Positions 20,623 to 30,300 of a stretch of 64,000 nt of DNA are shown one piece after another. Position numbers and translations under genes: made by a program. Under the pieces are notes generated by a model. That model did no database searches and was not told where the DNA came from. It saw nothing but the letters and a program-made list of their open reading frames with translations. Origin of the DNA: Ignavibacteriota bacterium (GTDB lineage: Bacteria > Bacteroidota > Ignavibacteria > UBA10030); assembly GCA_963727825.1 (NCBI GenBank), contig CAVSHO010000009.1:448001-512000 (forward strand), in the 5' to 3' direction. Every line of letters begins with the position of its first letter. Position 1 is the first letter of the stretch.

Positions 20623-20691
20623 CTACTCCATATATGCCGCGACTGTTTTTACAGATATTTCAAGCATATCTGCTATTTCAGCATATTTCAT
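20623..20691 (-). pseudogene. Remnant of ECF sigma factor region 4 (or LuxR-type) helix-turn-helix
   Basis: Reads MKYAEIADMLEISVKTVAAYME*, a typical sigma-70 region 4.2 HTH; the rest of the gene is absent. Confidence 0.65.
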
Positions 20692-21109
20692 ATTTTAGTA
20701 TCTGCGAACCTCACTACCAATAGTGTAAGTTTTAAGAAATTTGGCAGGCTACTTTTAAGAACTCAAACGAATCATTCTATCTATTTTCGTCAAACGAATA
20801 TAAGGGCGATTACAACAATATTACTTTCGTTCTATCGATAAGATTAGTACTGCAAGAATTTTTTTGTGTGTTCTTTCCGATAATATCATTGAGCATCCTT
20901 TAATATTACCAGTTTGATACGAAGCTGTAGATTAGCCAAGCACCTGCCACTGCTATAAGGTCTAAAGAAGAATTCCGATCGAGGCATCTGGAGTTTCCTT
21001 CATAGGCATCGAGCAGACAATATATCCTATGAATATTTTAGTATTTCAATGTATTTACATTTTAAACGAATTGGAATCAGAGTTGATTGAAATAATCGCG
21101 TTGGTCGTA

Positions 21110-22387
21110 CTAATTTGAATGGTGTAAAGCAGGCGTATATATTCTGAAATTTCCACTGGCTTGCAGCATAGCTAACATGTACAGCAAACCGTCATAATAT
21201 CGGTATTCTCCGCTGGGAATTTCAGCATTCCACAATTCTTCAACAAAATCTTTTCGGTTTACATTTGTAGAGGCAAGAGCTGCAACCGCATTCATTGCAA
21301 CTAATCCTATGCCATGATCACTTGAAAGTTGCTTCCCATCTAATGTGTACAAGCTACCGTACTTTTTTATTCCTTCGGAATAGAAGAAATTCAGAAGTCT
21401 GTTACTTTGTGCTACTTCCCATTCATCCTTTGCGAACCACAAATAATCAATAGCTACATTTGCCGCAACGCGCCAAGCATCATACTGAAAATTTTCAGAT
21501 CCACCCGGCCACGGCTTATGAGGAGTACCGTTAAACTTTGCATAATCAGGAGCAAGACCTGTATTTCCATTGATTGTTTTTTTAAATAATCGGCGGCTGG
21601 CGGACGCCGCTTCATACCAAAACTGTGTATCCTTTTCTGCCCATCGTGCCCAGAGTTCATAAAAATGTGGAAGATGATACGACGGATCGGTGAACCCCGA
21701 TGATCCCTTGTTGGGCACAAACACAATCTGGTATTCCTTAGTATTAAATAGATTCGTTACGCTTCCGTCGTTGTCAGCATCGGTTTCTTTATGAAGCATA
21801 ACGTTGAGGAGCTGCTGCGCCTCTGCGTTGTAATTATAAATTCCTTCGCCATTACCCCATCGCGCCGATGCAAAAAAAAGCGCCATCGTAAACCATTCCT
21901 CACCATCCGCCGCTGTGCTATGATCTATGATCGTTCCATCAGGTTTGCATAGCCATGCAAAATAATCTTTGCATGGGCCGTTTCGATGCTGCATAAATGT
22001 TTTTGCCCACTTCCATAAACAGTCAAATTCGTTTTTTTTGTTCAACTGAACTGCGATCATCATGCCGTATGACATGCCTTCCGTGCGAACATCTCGATGG
22101 GAAACATCTTCGATGTAAGCCATATCTTTTCCCGCGGGGAAATAGATACGCTGTGTACTATCATCACCATAAAATAATTGGTGAAAGGCACTATCCACCC
22201 TGGCTTGCACTGTGTCCTTTGGCATTCCTAGTAATTCTGAAAAGAGATTTTTATAATCGCCCGAATTAAAAGCGCCTACACGGTTGGATTGTTGCGAAGT
22301 ATCCTTAGGATCGCAAGAATATAGAAATTCATGAACACACATAAGCTGCAAGACCATAACGAAAGCGATTTGCTCTGAGTGTGACAT
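21110..22387 (-). CDS. GH8 xylanase / reducing-end xylose-releasing exo-oligoxylanase-like
   Basis: 'DVRTEGMSYGMM', 'AADGEEWF', 'FTDPSYHLP', 'FQYDAWR', 'RYYDGLLY'. N-terminus uncertain. Confidence 0.9.
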   Translation of the reverse strand: MSHSEQIAFVMVLQLMCVHEFLYSCDPKDTSQQSNRVGAFNSGDYKNLFSELLGMPKDTVQARVDSAFHQLFYGDDSTQRIYFPAGKDMAYIEDVSHRDVRTEGMSYGMMIAVQLNKKNEFDCLWKWAKTFMQHRNGPCKDYFAWLCKPDGTIIDHSTAADGEEWFTMALFFASARWGNGEGIYNYNAEAQQLLNVMLHKETDADNDGSVTNLFNTKEYQIVFVPNKGSSGFTDPSYHLPHFYELWARWAEKDTQFWYEAASASRRLFKKTINGNTGLAPDYAKFNGTPHKPWPGGSENFQYDAWRVAANVAIDYLWFAKDEWEVAQSNRLLNFFYSEGIKKYGSLYTLDGKQLSSDHGIGLVAMNAVAALASTNVNRKDFVEELWNAEIPSGEYRYYDGLLYMLAMLQASGNFRIYTPALHHSN

Positions 22388-22398
22388 TCATTTTAAAT

Positions 22399-23880
22399 TT
22401 ATTCAAATGGATTCTCTGTTGGATACATCATTCCTTTTGGCTGATTAAAAGAGACTTCTTTGATACCAAGCATTTTGCTGGCTGCAAAAAGAGTCTTACC
22501 GGCATGCTTGAATGCAACCGCCGTGTGATGAGGAAAATGTTTTTCAATAAGCACATGACGATAAAATCTTCCCATCTCATTTATTGCAAACACACCTATC
22601 GATCCGAAAGATTTTGGATTCACTTTTAACACTTCACCGTTTGCAACATACGCACATATCTTTGCATCGGCTGTGGATTGCGCACGGAAAATGGCAATCG
22701 GTCCAGATTTAATTTGTCCTTCTAATGTACCGCGCGTTACATTGGGTTTTTTTCCTGGTTCCATCAGACGATGCATAATCAATTGGTACTGCATAACCGG
22801 CTTTATCATGCACGATGAAGAGGTATTCCCACAATGGAATCCCATCCAGAGATCGGTCAAATCGTATGTTCCAATCTCCTTTTTATTTTCCTTGTACATA
22901 TCTTTTGGAACAGAATTATTGATATCCAAAATTGTTGGAGGCAGTTCTGTTGCACAGATGACCATGTATTCACTCAGAGTCCCATAAATGTCTGTTTCAC
23001 AGGCAACCGGTATTCCCTTTGTAGCCAAGCGTGAATTCAGATAGCAGGGCACATGACCAAAGTATTTCTCGAAAGCAGGCCAACATTTATTAGCAAACGC
23101 GGCGTATGTTGATGTTCCAAGATTTGCCTGCATAAATTTTTCTAAGGCAAATTCATATTGGGCAAGTTTTTCCAATAGATCGGGATATGTATTTCCCTTT
23201 CCAAGTTCTTTACCCATTTCAGCTACAATTCGTTTTATTTCTGGATTCCCATTTTCAGCCTGGACGATATCCAGAAGGTCGAGTTCGCTGTTTTCCATTA
23301 TTTCAACACCAAGATCATACAAGGGCTGGATAGGGGCATTACATGCTAGGAAGTCAAATGGACGTGGCCCGAATGACATAATTTTCAGATTCCGAACACC
23401 AATAACAGTACGGGCTATCGGAATAAAATCTGCAATCATTGTTGCAATATCCTTCGAATCACCAACCGGATATTCCGGTATGTGCACATTCAACCTTCGT
23501 AAACCAATATTGTAAGACGAGTTCAACATACCGCAATATGCATCGCCGCGACCGTTGATTAAATCCTTTCCTGTATCCTCTGCAGCAACAGCAACCATAA
23601 CCGGTCCGCCAAATTTTTTAGCCAGCATGGTAGTTGGCCCTTCAGGGCCGAAGTTTCCAAGATAGAGTACTAATGCATTAATTTTAAATTTCTTTATTTC
23701 ATCAAGCGCTTTTAAAACATCACGCTCGTTCTCAACAATCGTATCGATTTCAACAACAGGCACATTATTTTCTTTGCAGGCAGCAACTACGTTTTTACGG
23801 CGTTTACGGGAGAGTTCAATAGGAAAACAATCACGGCTTACTGCAATAATACCTAATTTTACTACTGGAATATTTTGCAT
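22399..23880 (-). CDS. L-fucose isomerase-related pentose isomerase (clostridial XylA-II-like)
   Basis: 'KLGIIAVSRDCFP', 'YLGNFGPEGP', 'GRGDAYCG', 'CETDIYG', 'FHCGNT', 'FPHH'. GAGGAG RBS 8 nt before ATG 23880. Confidence 0.85.
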   Translation of the reverse strand: MQNIPVVKLGIIAVSRDCFPIELSRKRRKNVVAACKENNVPVVEIDTIVENERDVLKALDEIKKFKINALVLYLGNFGPEGPTTMLAKKFGGPVMVAVAAEDTGKDLINGRGDAYCGMLNSSYNIGLRRLNVHIPEYPVGDSKDIATMIADFIPIARTVIGVRNLKIMSFGPRPFDFLACNAPIQPLYDLGVEIMENSELDLLDIVQAENGNPEIKRIVAEMGKELGKGNTYPDLLEKLAQYEFALEKFMQANLGTSTYAAFANKCWPAFEKYFGHVPCYLNSRLATKGIPVACETDIYGTLSEYMVICATELPPTILDINNSVPKDMYKENKKEIGTYDLTDLWMGFHCGNTSSSCMIKPVMQYQLIMHRLMEPGKKPNVTRGTLEGQIKSGPIAIFRAQSTADAKICAYVANGEVLKVNPKSFGSIGVFAINEMGRFYRHVLIEKHFPHHTAVAFKHAGKTLFAASKMLGIKEVSFNQPKGMMYPTENPFE

Positions 23881-23894
23881 AAACATAACTCCTC

Positions 23895-24036
23895 TTATTT
23901 TTTCTTTTGGCCGAAATAAGCATTCGGCCCATGTTTTCATTGATAATGTTTTTCTTGAATAAAAGACGGAAGCTGATGAAGATCAGGATTCATTTGCAAA
24001 GAATCCAATGCTATCTGCGCCACATGTTTAAGAATT
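23895..24036 (-). pseudogene. Degenerate second copy of the araD 3' end
   Basis: Reads ILKHVAQIALDSLQMNPDLHQLPSFIQEKHYQ*KHGPNAYFGQKKK*, versus intact AraD ILENVAQMALGSLQLNPNLVQLPSFIQEKHYQRKHGPNAYYGQK. Confidence 0.85.
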
Positions 24037-24060
24037 CAATAATCCTCTTGTTCGCTAAAG

Positions 24061-25553
24061 TTACTTCCTGTATGATGCTTCGTTCCAGCGAAGTTCCTTT
24101 TAAATTCAGAGATCTGCGTTTGATCATCGATCAGAAGATATTCAATATCTGCGATTTCGGCAAAGTCTTCCATATAGTCTGCAGTTATAGCCTGACTAAA
24201 TCCAGTATGATGCGCACCACCAGCCAGTATCCATGCTGCAGCACCTATCTGAAGGTTGGGTTTAGGTATCCACATCGCACGGGCTACCGGCAATTTCGGT
24301 AAAGGTTTGTCCGGTGGAACAACTATCACTTCATTGACGATGAGGCGGAATCGATTTCCCATGTCTATTATAGAAGCATTCAACGCTGGTCCATTCGGTA
24401 CATTGAACACCAGCCGCGGTGGATCGTCTTTTCCTCCGATGCCAAGTTTATGTACTTCTAATGAAGGTTTACCTTCTGCAATGGATTCGCATACTTCCAG
24501 CATGTGCGCACCTAACACTTTCATGCCCGCAGGATTTAAGTGATATGTATAATCTTCCATAAACGAAGTTCCACCTTTTAGTCCCGAAGCCATGACTTTT
24601 ATTGCCCGCACCAAAGCGGCAGTTTTCCAATCTCCTTCTGCTCCGAATCCATATCCATCTGCCATCAAACGCTGAACCGCAAGGCCCGGGAGCTGTTTGA
24701 GTCCATGCAAATCTTCAAATGTAGTCGTAAATGCTTTAAACTTGCCTTCCGAGAGAAATGCGCGCATTCCTATTTCAATACGAGCCGTCTCACAAAGGTT
24801 GGAATATCGTTCGCCGCCTTTTTTTGCAGCAGCCGCAACTGTGTATTTGCTTTCGTATTCGGCAATCAATTTGTTGATGTCTGCATCTGAAACTTCATTG
24901 ATGCATTTTACAAGATCGCCAATTCCATATCCATTGACTGAATACCCAAAACGAAGCTGAGCTTCGACTTTGTCACCTTCTGTCACTGCCACTTCGCGCA
25001 TGTTGTCCCCGAAGCGGGCTATCTTTCCGCCCTGTGCATCAGCCCATGCAGAAGCAACACGCGTCCATATATTGAGTTGTTGCTGAACCGATGCATCTTG
25101 CCAATATCCAACGATCACTTTACGTTTCTTACCCATGCGACTACAGATGAATCCGAATTCTCGATCACCATGCGCCGCTTGATTCAAATTCATGAAATCC
25201 ATGTCTATAGTATCCCATGGAATATCACGATTCGATTGAGTGTGTAGGTGCACGAATGGTTTTGTCAGTGTTTTTAATCCGCCGATCCACATTTTCGCTG
25301 GAGAGAAAGTGTGCATCCACATAATCATTCCGATGCAGCTCGGCTGAGAATTTGCTTCGAGACAAAGTGTATGAATAGATTCCGGAGTTGTTAATACGGG
25401 TTTGAAAACAATTTTTACGGGAATAAGCCCTGAAGCATTCAAGCCATTGACAATGGCTTGCGAATCCTGAGCAACTTGTCGGAGTGTATCCGGACCATAT
25501 AAATGCTGGCTGCCGGTAGCAAACCAGACTTCATTCTGTTTAAGATCGATCAT
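24061..25553 (-). CDS. araA: L-arabinose isomerase (1-nt deletion in an A-run near 24100 masks the true C-terminus)
   Basis: 'GSQHLYG', '[11 protein letters not shown]', 'NQAAHGDRE', 'GAEGDWK', 'MEDY', 'GAHH'. Adding one A restores '..[15 protein letters not shown]'. Confidence 0.95.
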
Positions 25554-25586
25554 AATTATCCTTTGGAATCAAATGTACGGAAAATA

Positions 25587-26276
25587 TTATTTTTGGCCAT
25601 AATAAGCATTCGGCCCATGTTTTCGTTGATAATGTTTTTCTTGAATGAATGATGGAAGCTGAACAAGATTGGGATTCAATTGCAACGAACCCAATGCCAT
25701 CTGTGCCACATTTTCTAATATTAGGATATTTTTCATTGCATCATTTGCACTCGTTCCCCATGCAAATGGCGCATGTCCGCCAACCAAAACAGCAGGCATG
25801 CTTTCAGGATCCAGGTATGTGAACCGTTCGATAATAACTGAACCGGTATTTTCTTCATATTTACTCTCAACTTCTTCCTTTGTCAGGAATCGAGTAACAG
25901 GAATAGAACCGTTGAAATGATCGGCGTGCGTTGTCCCAAAACATGGTATTTCCTTACAAGCTTGCGCAAACATTGTTGCATATATACTATGTGTATGTGC
26001 AATTCCACCGATGGAAGAAAAGTTCTTGTATAATCGAAGATGCGTCGGCAAATCTGAAGATGGGCGAAGTTTTCCCTCTACAATCTTTCCATCGAAATCC
26101 ACTACGACCATATCAGCAGGCTTCATAATTTCATAATCAACGCCGCTCGGTTTAATCACTACATATCCATCAGCACGGCTGATACCGCTAACATTTCCCC
26201 ACGTGAGTATCACAAGCCGATTCCGCAGCAAATCGATATTTGCTTGAAACACTTCTTCCTTCAATTGTTTGAGCAT
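25587..26276 (-). CDS. araD: L-ribulose-5-phosphate 4-epimerase
   Basis: 'TWGNVS', 'IKPSG', 'PSSD', 'HTHS', 'GTTHAD', 'KHG..AYYGQ'. Confidence 0.95.
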   Translation of the reverse strand: MLKQLKEEVFQANIDLLRNRLVILTWGNVSGISRADGYVVIKPSGVDYEIMKPADMVVVDFDGKIVEGKLRPSSDLPTHLRLYKNFSSIGGIAHTHSIYATMFAQACKEIPCFGTTHADHFNGSIPVTRFLTKEEVESKYEENTGSVIIERFTYLDPESMPAVLVGGHAPFAWGTSANDAMKNILILENVAQMALGSLQLNPNLVQLPSFIQEKHYQRKHGPNAYYGQK

Positions 26277-26277
26277 G

Positions 26278-28236
26278 TCAGTTCCTCGGCAGCCATACTT
26301 TCATAGTCCCTGCACCACGATTCGACCACGCATAATAGGGAATCGCTGTAAATCTTCGTTCCGCCGTATTACCTTTAGCTGGAATCTCACCCGATATGAT
26401 ATTTACTCCTTGGAGTAAATCATTCCGTTTTTCTACTTTTAACGCGGCATCATCAGGTAGAGTAAGGTTGTCTAATTGATTATTGTTATCTATTCCTTCT
26501 ACACAATATACTATAGGTCCATATTCAAGTGCAGTCAGATTTTCATCATCCTTAATTCTTTTGTCAGCTATGACTCGACGAATTTTCATAGGTAAGCTAA
26601 TATTAATGCTGTCCCCTGACTCCCATCTTCTTGTAATTATCGCATATCCACGATCGATAGAGTAGTTTATTTTTTCTCCGTTTAATGTAAGAATAATGTC
26701 GCTGCTTACAGTATCAGTATATGTATAGAGGTTACTTGGCAGAACTTCATTTCGCGCCCAGCCGGGTATTCGAAACTTCAAAGTAAACTGTTTACTTTCA
26801 TTTGGTCTAACTACTAATTTTATTTCTCCCTTCCATGGGAAATCAGCCTGCTGTTCAATCATAACATTTTTATTTTCCAGGCTCACTGTTGCATTACTGG
26901 ATGCATAAAGATTAACATATAGAGTATCTTTTTGTACAGCATATATCAAACCTGGCAAAGAAGGAATAAAACGGATGAGGTTCGTAGGACAACATGAGCA
27001 ATCGAACCATGGTTGACGGGTTCCTGCACCGCAATTAAACTGGAATATTCCATCGGCTTCAAGTGGATTCACATAAAAAAAGTTTTTACCGTCGAGTGAT
27101 AATCCGGAGATCAGTCCATTGTATAGTGTACGTTCAATTATATCAAAATACTTCGCATCTCCAGTAAGCATGAACAAACGATTGTTCCAATAGACATCGC
27201 CTATTGATGCACAGGTTTCATTGTATGCTTTCAGGTTTGGAAGTTCGTAATCACTGCCTAACGATTCACCATCGTGCTTAGCACCAATACCGCCGGTAAG
27301 TGACATTTTTTTCTCCACCATATTTTTCCAGATGTCGATGACCGCCTTCAGGTACGCTGAATCATCGTACATCGCAGCAACATCAGTCATGCCAGCATAC
27401 ATATAGACTGCCCGCACTGCATGTCCAACAATTTCATGTTGTTGAATAACAGGTTTATGATCCTGACTATACTCGCCATAGAGATGATGAGTGGTTGAAT
27501 CGCCTCTCCAATCAAGAAAGTTCTTAGCAAGTTCTAAATATTTCTTGTTGTGAGATACTCGAAAAAGTTTTATCAATCCTGTTTCAACGATCTGATGACC
27601 CGGTGGTATTGTGAGCTTACCAACACCAAAACTGTTCACCAATAAATCGGCATTTTTGATCGCTATATCAAGGAAATTTCGTTTGCCTGTCGCATTATAA
27701 TGAGCTACTGCGGCTTCAAACAGATGACCGCTGTTATATAGTTCATGACTGCTTGATTCGCCAGTCCATCGCTTCCCAGTTTTCTCTACCCATGGTGCCG
27801 GAGGGTTTGTCGGGTCAATAGTGAACCAGGTCGTAATATATCCGTCAGGTTCCTGGCCGATTCTTATAATATCAATAACCGAATCAAGATAGGCATCTAA
27901 CTCCTTGTTAGGTGTACTAGTTAAAGAGTTTGAAGCACCTTCGATAATTTTATATATATCGCTGTCGTCGAAAGGCATTTTGCCCCTGGTTTTTCCTTGC
28001 ATTTTTCTACCGGCAATCAGGAAGTTTTCAATTCGTCCTTCTTGCCGACATTTATCAAAACCAAAAGCAATGGTGGTGTTCTGTACTGTCTGGATTTTAG
28101 GTAGCCAAAAGTCGTCGCAAATTTTTACTCTGTTAATATCAACCATCGAAATAGGATAATCCGCATACCTATTTTGCTGCCCATAACATTGTGCAAAAAA
28201 AAACATAAATAAATATAAAACCGATAATTTCTTCAT
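26278..28236 (-). CDS. Beta-L-arabinofuranosidase, GH127 (secreted)
   Basis: Signal peptide; 'FDDSD', 'HELY', 'GHAVR', 'YNETCA', 'CSCCPTN'. Confidence 0.9.
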   Translation of the reverse strand: MKKLSVLYLFMFFFAQCYGQQNRYADYPISMVDINRVKICDDFWLPKIQTVQNTTIAFGFDKCRQEGRIENFLIAGRKMQGKTRGKMPFDDSDIYKIIEGASNSLTSTPNKELDAYLDSVIDIIRIGQEPDGYITTWFTIDPTNPPAPWVEKTGKRWTGESSSHELYNSGHLFEAAVAHYNATGKRNFLDIAIKNADLLVNSFGVGKLTIPPGHQIVETGLIKLFRVSHNKKYLELAKNFLDWRGDSTTHHLYGEYSQDHKPVIQQHEIVGHAVRAVYMYAGMTDVAAMYDDSAYLKAVIDIWKNMVEKKMSLTGGIGAKHDGESLGSDYELPNLKAYNETCASIGDVYWNNRLFMLTGDAKYFDIIERTLYNGLISGLSLDGKNFFYVNPLEADGIFQFNCGAGTRQPWFDCSCCPTNLIRFIPSLPGLIYAVQKDTLYVNLYASSNATVSLENKNVMIEQQADFPWKGEIKLVVRPNESKQFTLKFRIPGWARNEVLPSNLYTYTDTVSSDIILTLNGEKINYSIDRGYAIITRRWESGDSINISLPMKIRRVIADKRIKDDENLTALEYGPIVYCVEGIDNNNQLDNLTLPDDAALKVEKRNDLLQGVNIISGEIPAKGNTAERRFTAIPYYAWSNRGAGTMKVWLPRN

Positions 28237-28292
28237 GTTCTTCGAATCAGAGTAAGTAAATAATCAGCACGTATAGATCATCAACTGACGAC

Positions 28293-29993
28293 TTACTTAG
28301 TTCTTCGAACTTCATCCCGTAGCTGCAGCAATTCTTTCATCACATTAAACATATTCCCATTCCATTGCTTCGTACCGAATCCATCATGCAACTGCCTATA
28401 GAGTGCATAGAGTTTTTTATAGGTCTCATGATTCTCTTTGATCGGAATATATACCTTGCCGCTTCCTGTCATAGCCTGTATTGCTTCGTCGACAGTATCG
28501 TATCCGCCACCATTCTTTCCGGCGGCTACAGATGCAAAGATGCCCGCGCCCAAGGCTGGCGTTTGTTCGCTACGGGAAATCTTCATAGAGCGTCCTGTAA
28601 TATCCGCATAAATCTGCATCATCAATTTATTCTTCATTGCCAATCCGCCGCAATTGACCACTTCCTTTACTTTCACACCATATTCTTCAATGCGGTCGAT
28701 GATTGCCAGTGCGCCGAATCCGGTTGCCTCAATCAAAGCGCGATAAATTTCTTCCGGTGTTGAATGCAGCGATTGGCCTATCAGCATACCGCTCAATCGA
28801 ACATCGACGAGGATTGTCCGGTTGCCATTATTCCAATCGAGGGCAAGCAATCCGCTTTCACCTGGCAATAATTTCGATGCTACTTTTTCAAGATTCTTAA
28901 ATTTCTCGTCTTGTGTTTTTCCGTATGATTCATTAACAAGATTGTTGACAAACCAGAGAAATATATCTCCCACACCGGATTGGCCTGCTTCTATGCCATA
29001 ATACCCATTCATTACCGAGCCATCGACGATACCGCAGACACCGGGAATATCATTCAGGTGCTCTTTGTGAGGATGAATCATAATATCACACGTACTTGTT
29101 CCGACAATTTTCACAAGTGTGCCTATAGAAATTCCAGCTCCGACGGCTCCCATATGTGCATCGAACGCACCAACTGCAACGACAACATTCGGGGAAAGTC
29201 CTAAGGTCTTTGCCCAAGCAGGTGAAAGAGAACCAACTCGTTGTTCTGCAGTGCAAGCTTCGTCAGAGAGCCGGCTTCGCAATACTCCCAGGCCGGGTGA
29301 AAGTGCTTCAAGAAATTCAACATCGGGCAAACCGTTCCACTCTTTATTGAACATTGCTTTGTGGCCAGCCGCGCAAATACTTCTTTTCATATTCTTCGGA
29401 GAAAGATCACCGGTCAGTACTGCAGGAATCCAATCGCAGATTTCTACCCAGCTTTGAGCTGCTTCAAAGACTTCTGGTGCAACATTTTTACAATGAAGAA
29501 TTTTACTCCACCACCATTCAGAGGAATACGTGCCCCCAATTTTTGCTAAATACTGCGGGCGAAGTTTCGCGGCAGTTTCGGTAATGAGAGCAGCTTCTGC
29601 AAAACCTGTATGATCCTTCCACAGCCAAACCATAGCGGCTGGATTTTTCTTAAACTTCTTATCGAAACACAAAGCTTGACCATCGGCATCCACCGGCATC
29701 GGGCTGCTGCCTGTAGTATCGACTCCAATCCCGATAATATCGGTAGCATTGAAATTTTTCTTTACTGCTTTTGCTTTTTTCAATGCGCTTTTAATTGTTG
29801 CTTCAATTCCTTCGATATAATCAGCGGGATTCTGCCGTGCCAGATGAGGATTGGCAGAATCCACAATTACTCCATCTTTGCCGGATGGATATGGAAACAC
29901 ATGACTTGCCAATTCTTTTCCATTGGCAACATCAACAATTAAAGAACGGCAAGAGTTTGTTCCAAAATCCAATCCTATAACGTATTTGCTCAT
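28293..29993 (-). CDS. araB: Ribulokinase
   Basis: FGGY kinase 'IGLDFGT', 'GVDTTGS', 'WKDH', 'AAGHKA', 'GTSTC', 'LDWNNGNR'. Confidence 0.95.
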   Translation of the reverse strand: MSKYVIGLDFGTNSCRSLIVDVANGKELASHVFPYPSGKDGVIVDSANPHLARQNPADYIEGIEATIKSALKKAKAVKKNFNATDIIGIGVDTTGSSPMPVDADGQALCFDKKFKKNPAAMVWLWKDHTGFAEAALITETAAKLRPQYLAKIGGTYSSEWWWSKILHCKNVAPEVFEAAQSWVEICDWIPAVLTGDLSPKNMKRSICAAGHKAMFNKEWNGLPDVEFLEALSPGLGVLRSRLSDEACTAEQRVGSLSPAWAKTLGLSPNVVVAVGAFDAHMGAVGAGISIGTLVKIVGTSTCDIMIHPHKEHLNDIPGVCGIVDGSVMNGYYGIEAGQSGVGDIFLWFVNNLVNESYGKTQDEKFKNLEKVASKLLPGESGLLALDWNNGNRTILVDVRLSGMLIGQSLHSTPEEIYRALIEATGFGALAIIDRIEEYGVKVKEVVNCGGLAMKNKLMMQIYADITGRSMKISRSEQTPALGAGIFASVAAGKNGGGYDTVDEAIQAMTGSGKVYIPIKENHETYKKLYALYRQLHDGFGTKQWNGNMFNVMKELLQLRDEVRRTK

Positions 29994-30016
29994 ATTCGTC
30001 TTGGTTACAATGAATG

Positions 30017-30050
30017 AAAAAACTGCTGCTCGTGAACAACCGAGCAGCAG
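30017..30050 (-). terminator. Terminator-like hairpin inside the ara operon
   Basis: Perfect 10-bp stem CTGCTGCTCG/CGAGCAGCAG, 8-nt loop, T6 on the minus strand. Confidence 0.7.
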
Positions 30051-30063
30051 ATCAATTCTTAGA

Positions 30064-30291
30064 TTATGCTACTTTTTTCTTCCACGGCCTGAATGCAATA
30101 AAATAAATTAGACCGATAATGATAAGCAATGCTCCCCACCATACTCCAAAATGCAATTCACGCAACACGATTGCGTGCGATTGCGATGGGAAGAACCAAT
30201 CATACACATTCGAAATAAAAATGATAATACCATAAATTAATAAGAGTGCACCGATAATAAACCAAATCGATATTTTATGCCGACCAACCAT
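30064..30291 (-). CDS. Small two-TM membrane protein following the SSS transporter
   Basis: 75 aa, two hydrophobic helices, GAGGA RBS, 9 nt after the symporter stop. Confidence 0.8.
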   Translation of the reverse strand: MVGRHKISIWFIIGALLLIYGIIIFISNVYDWFFPSQSHAIVLRELHFGVWWGALLIIIGLIYFIAFRPWKKKVA

Positions 30292-30300
30292 TTTATCCTC

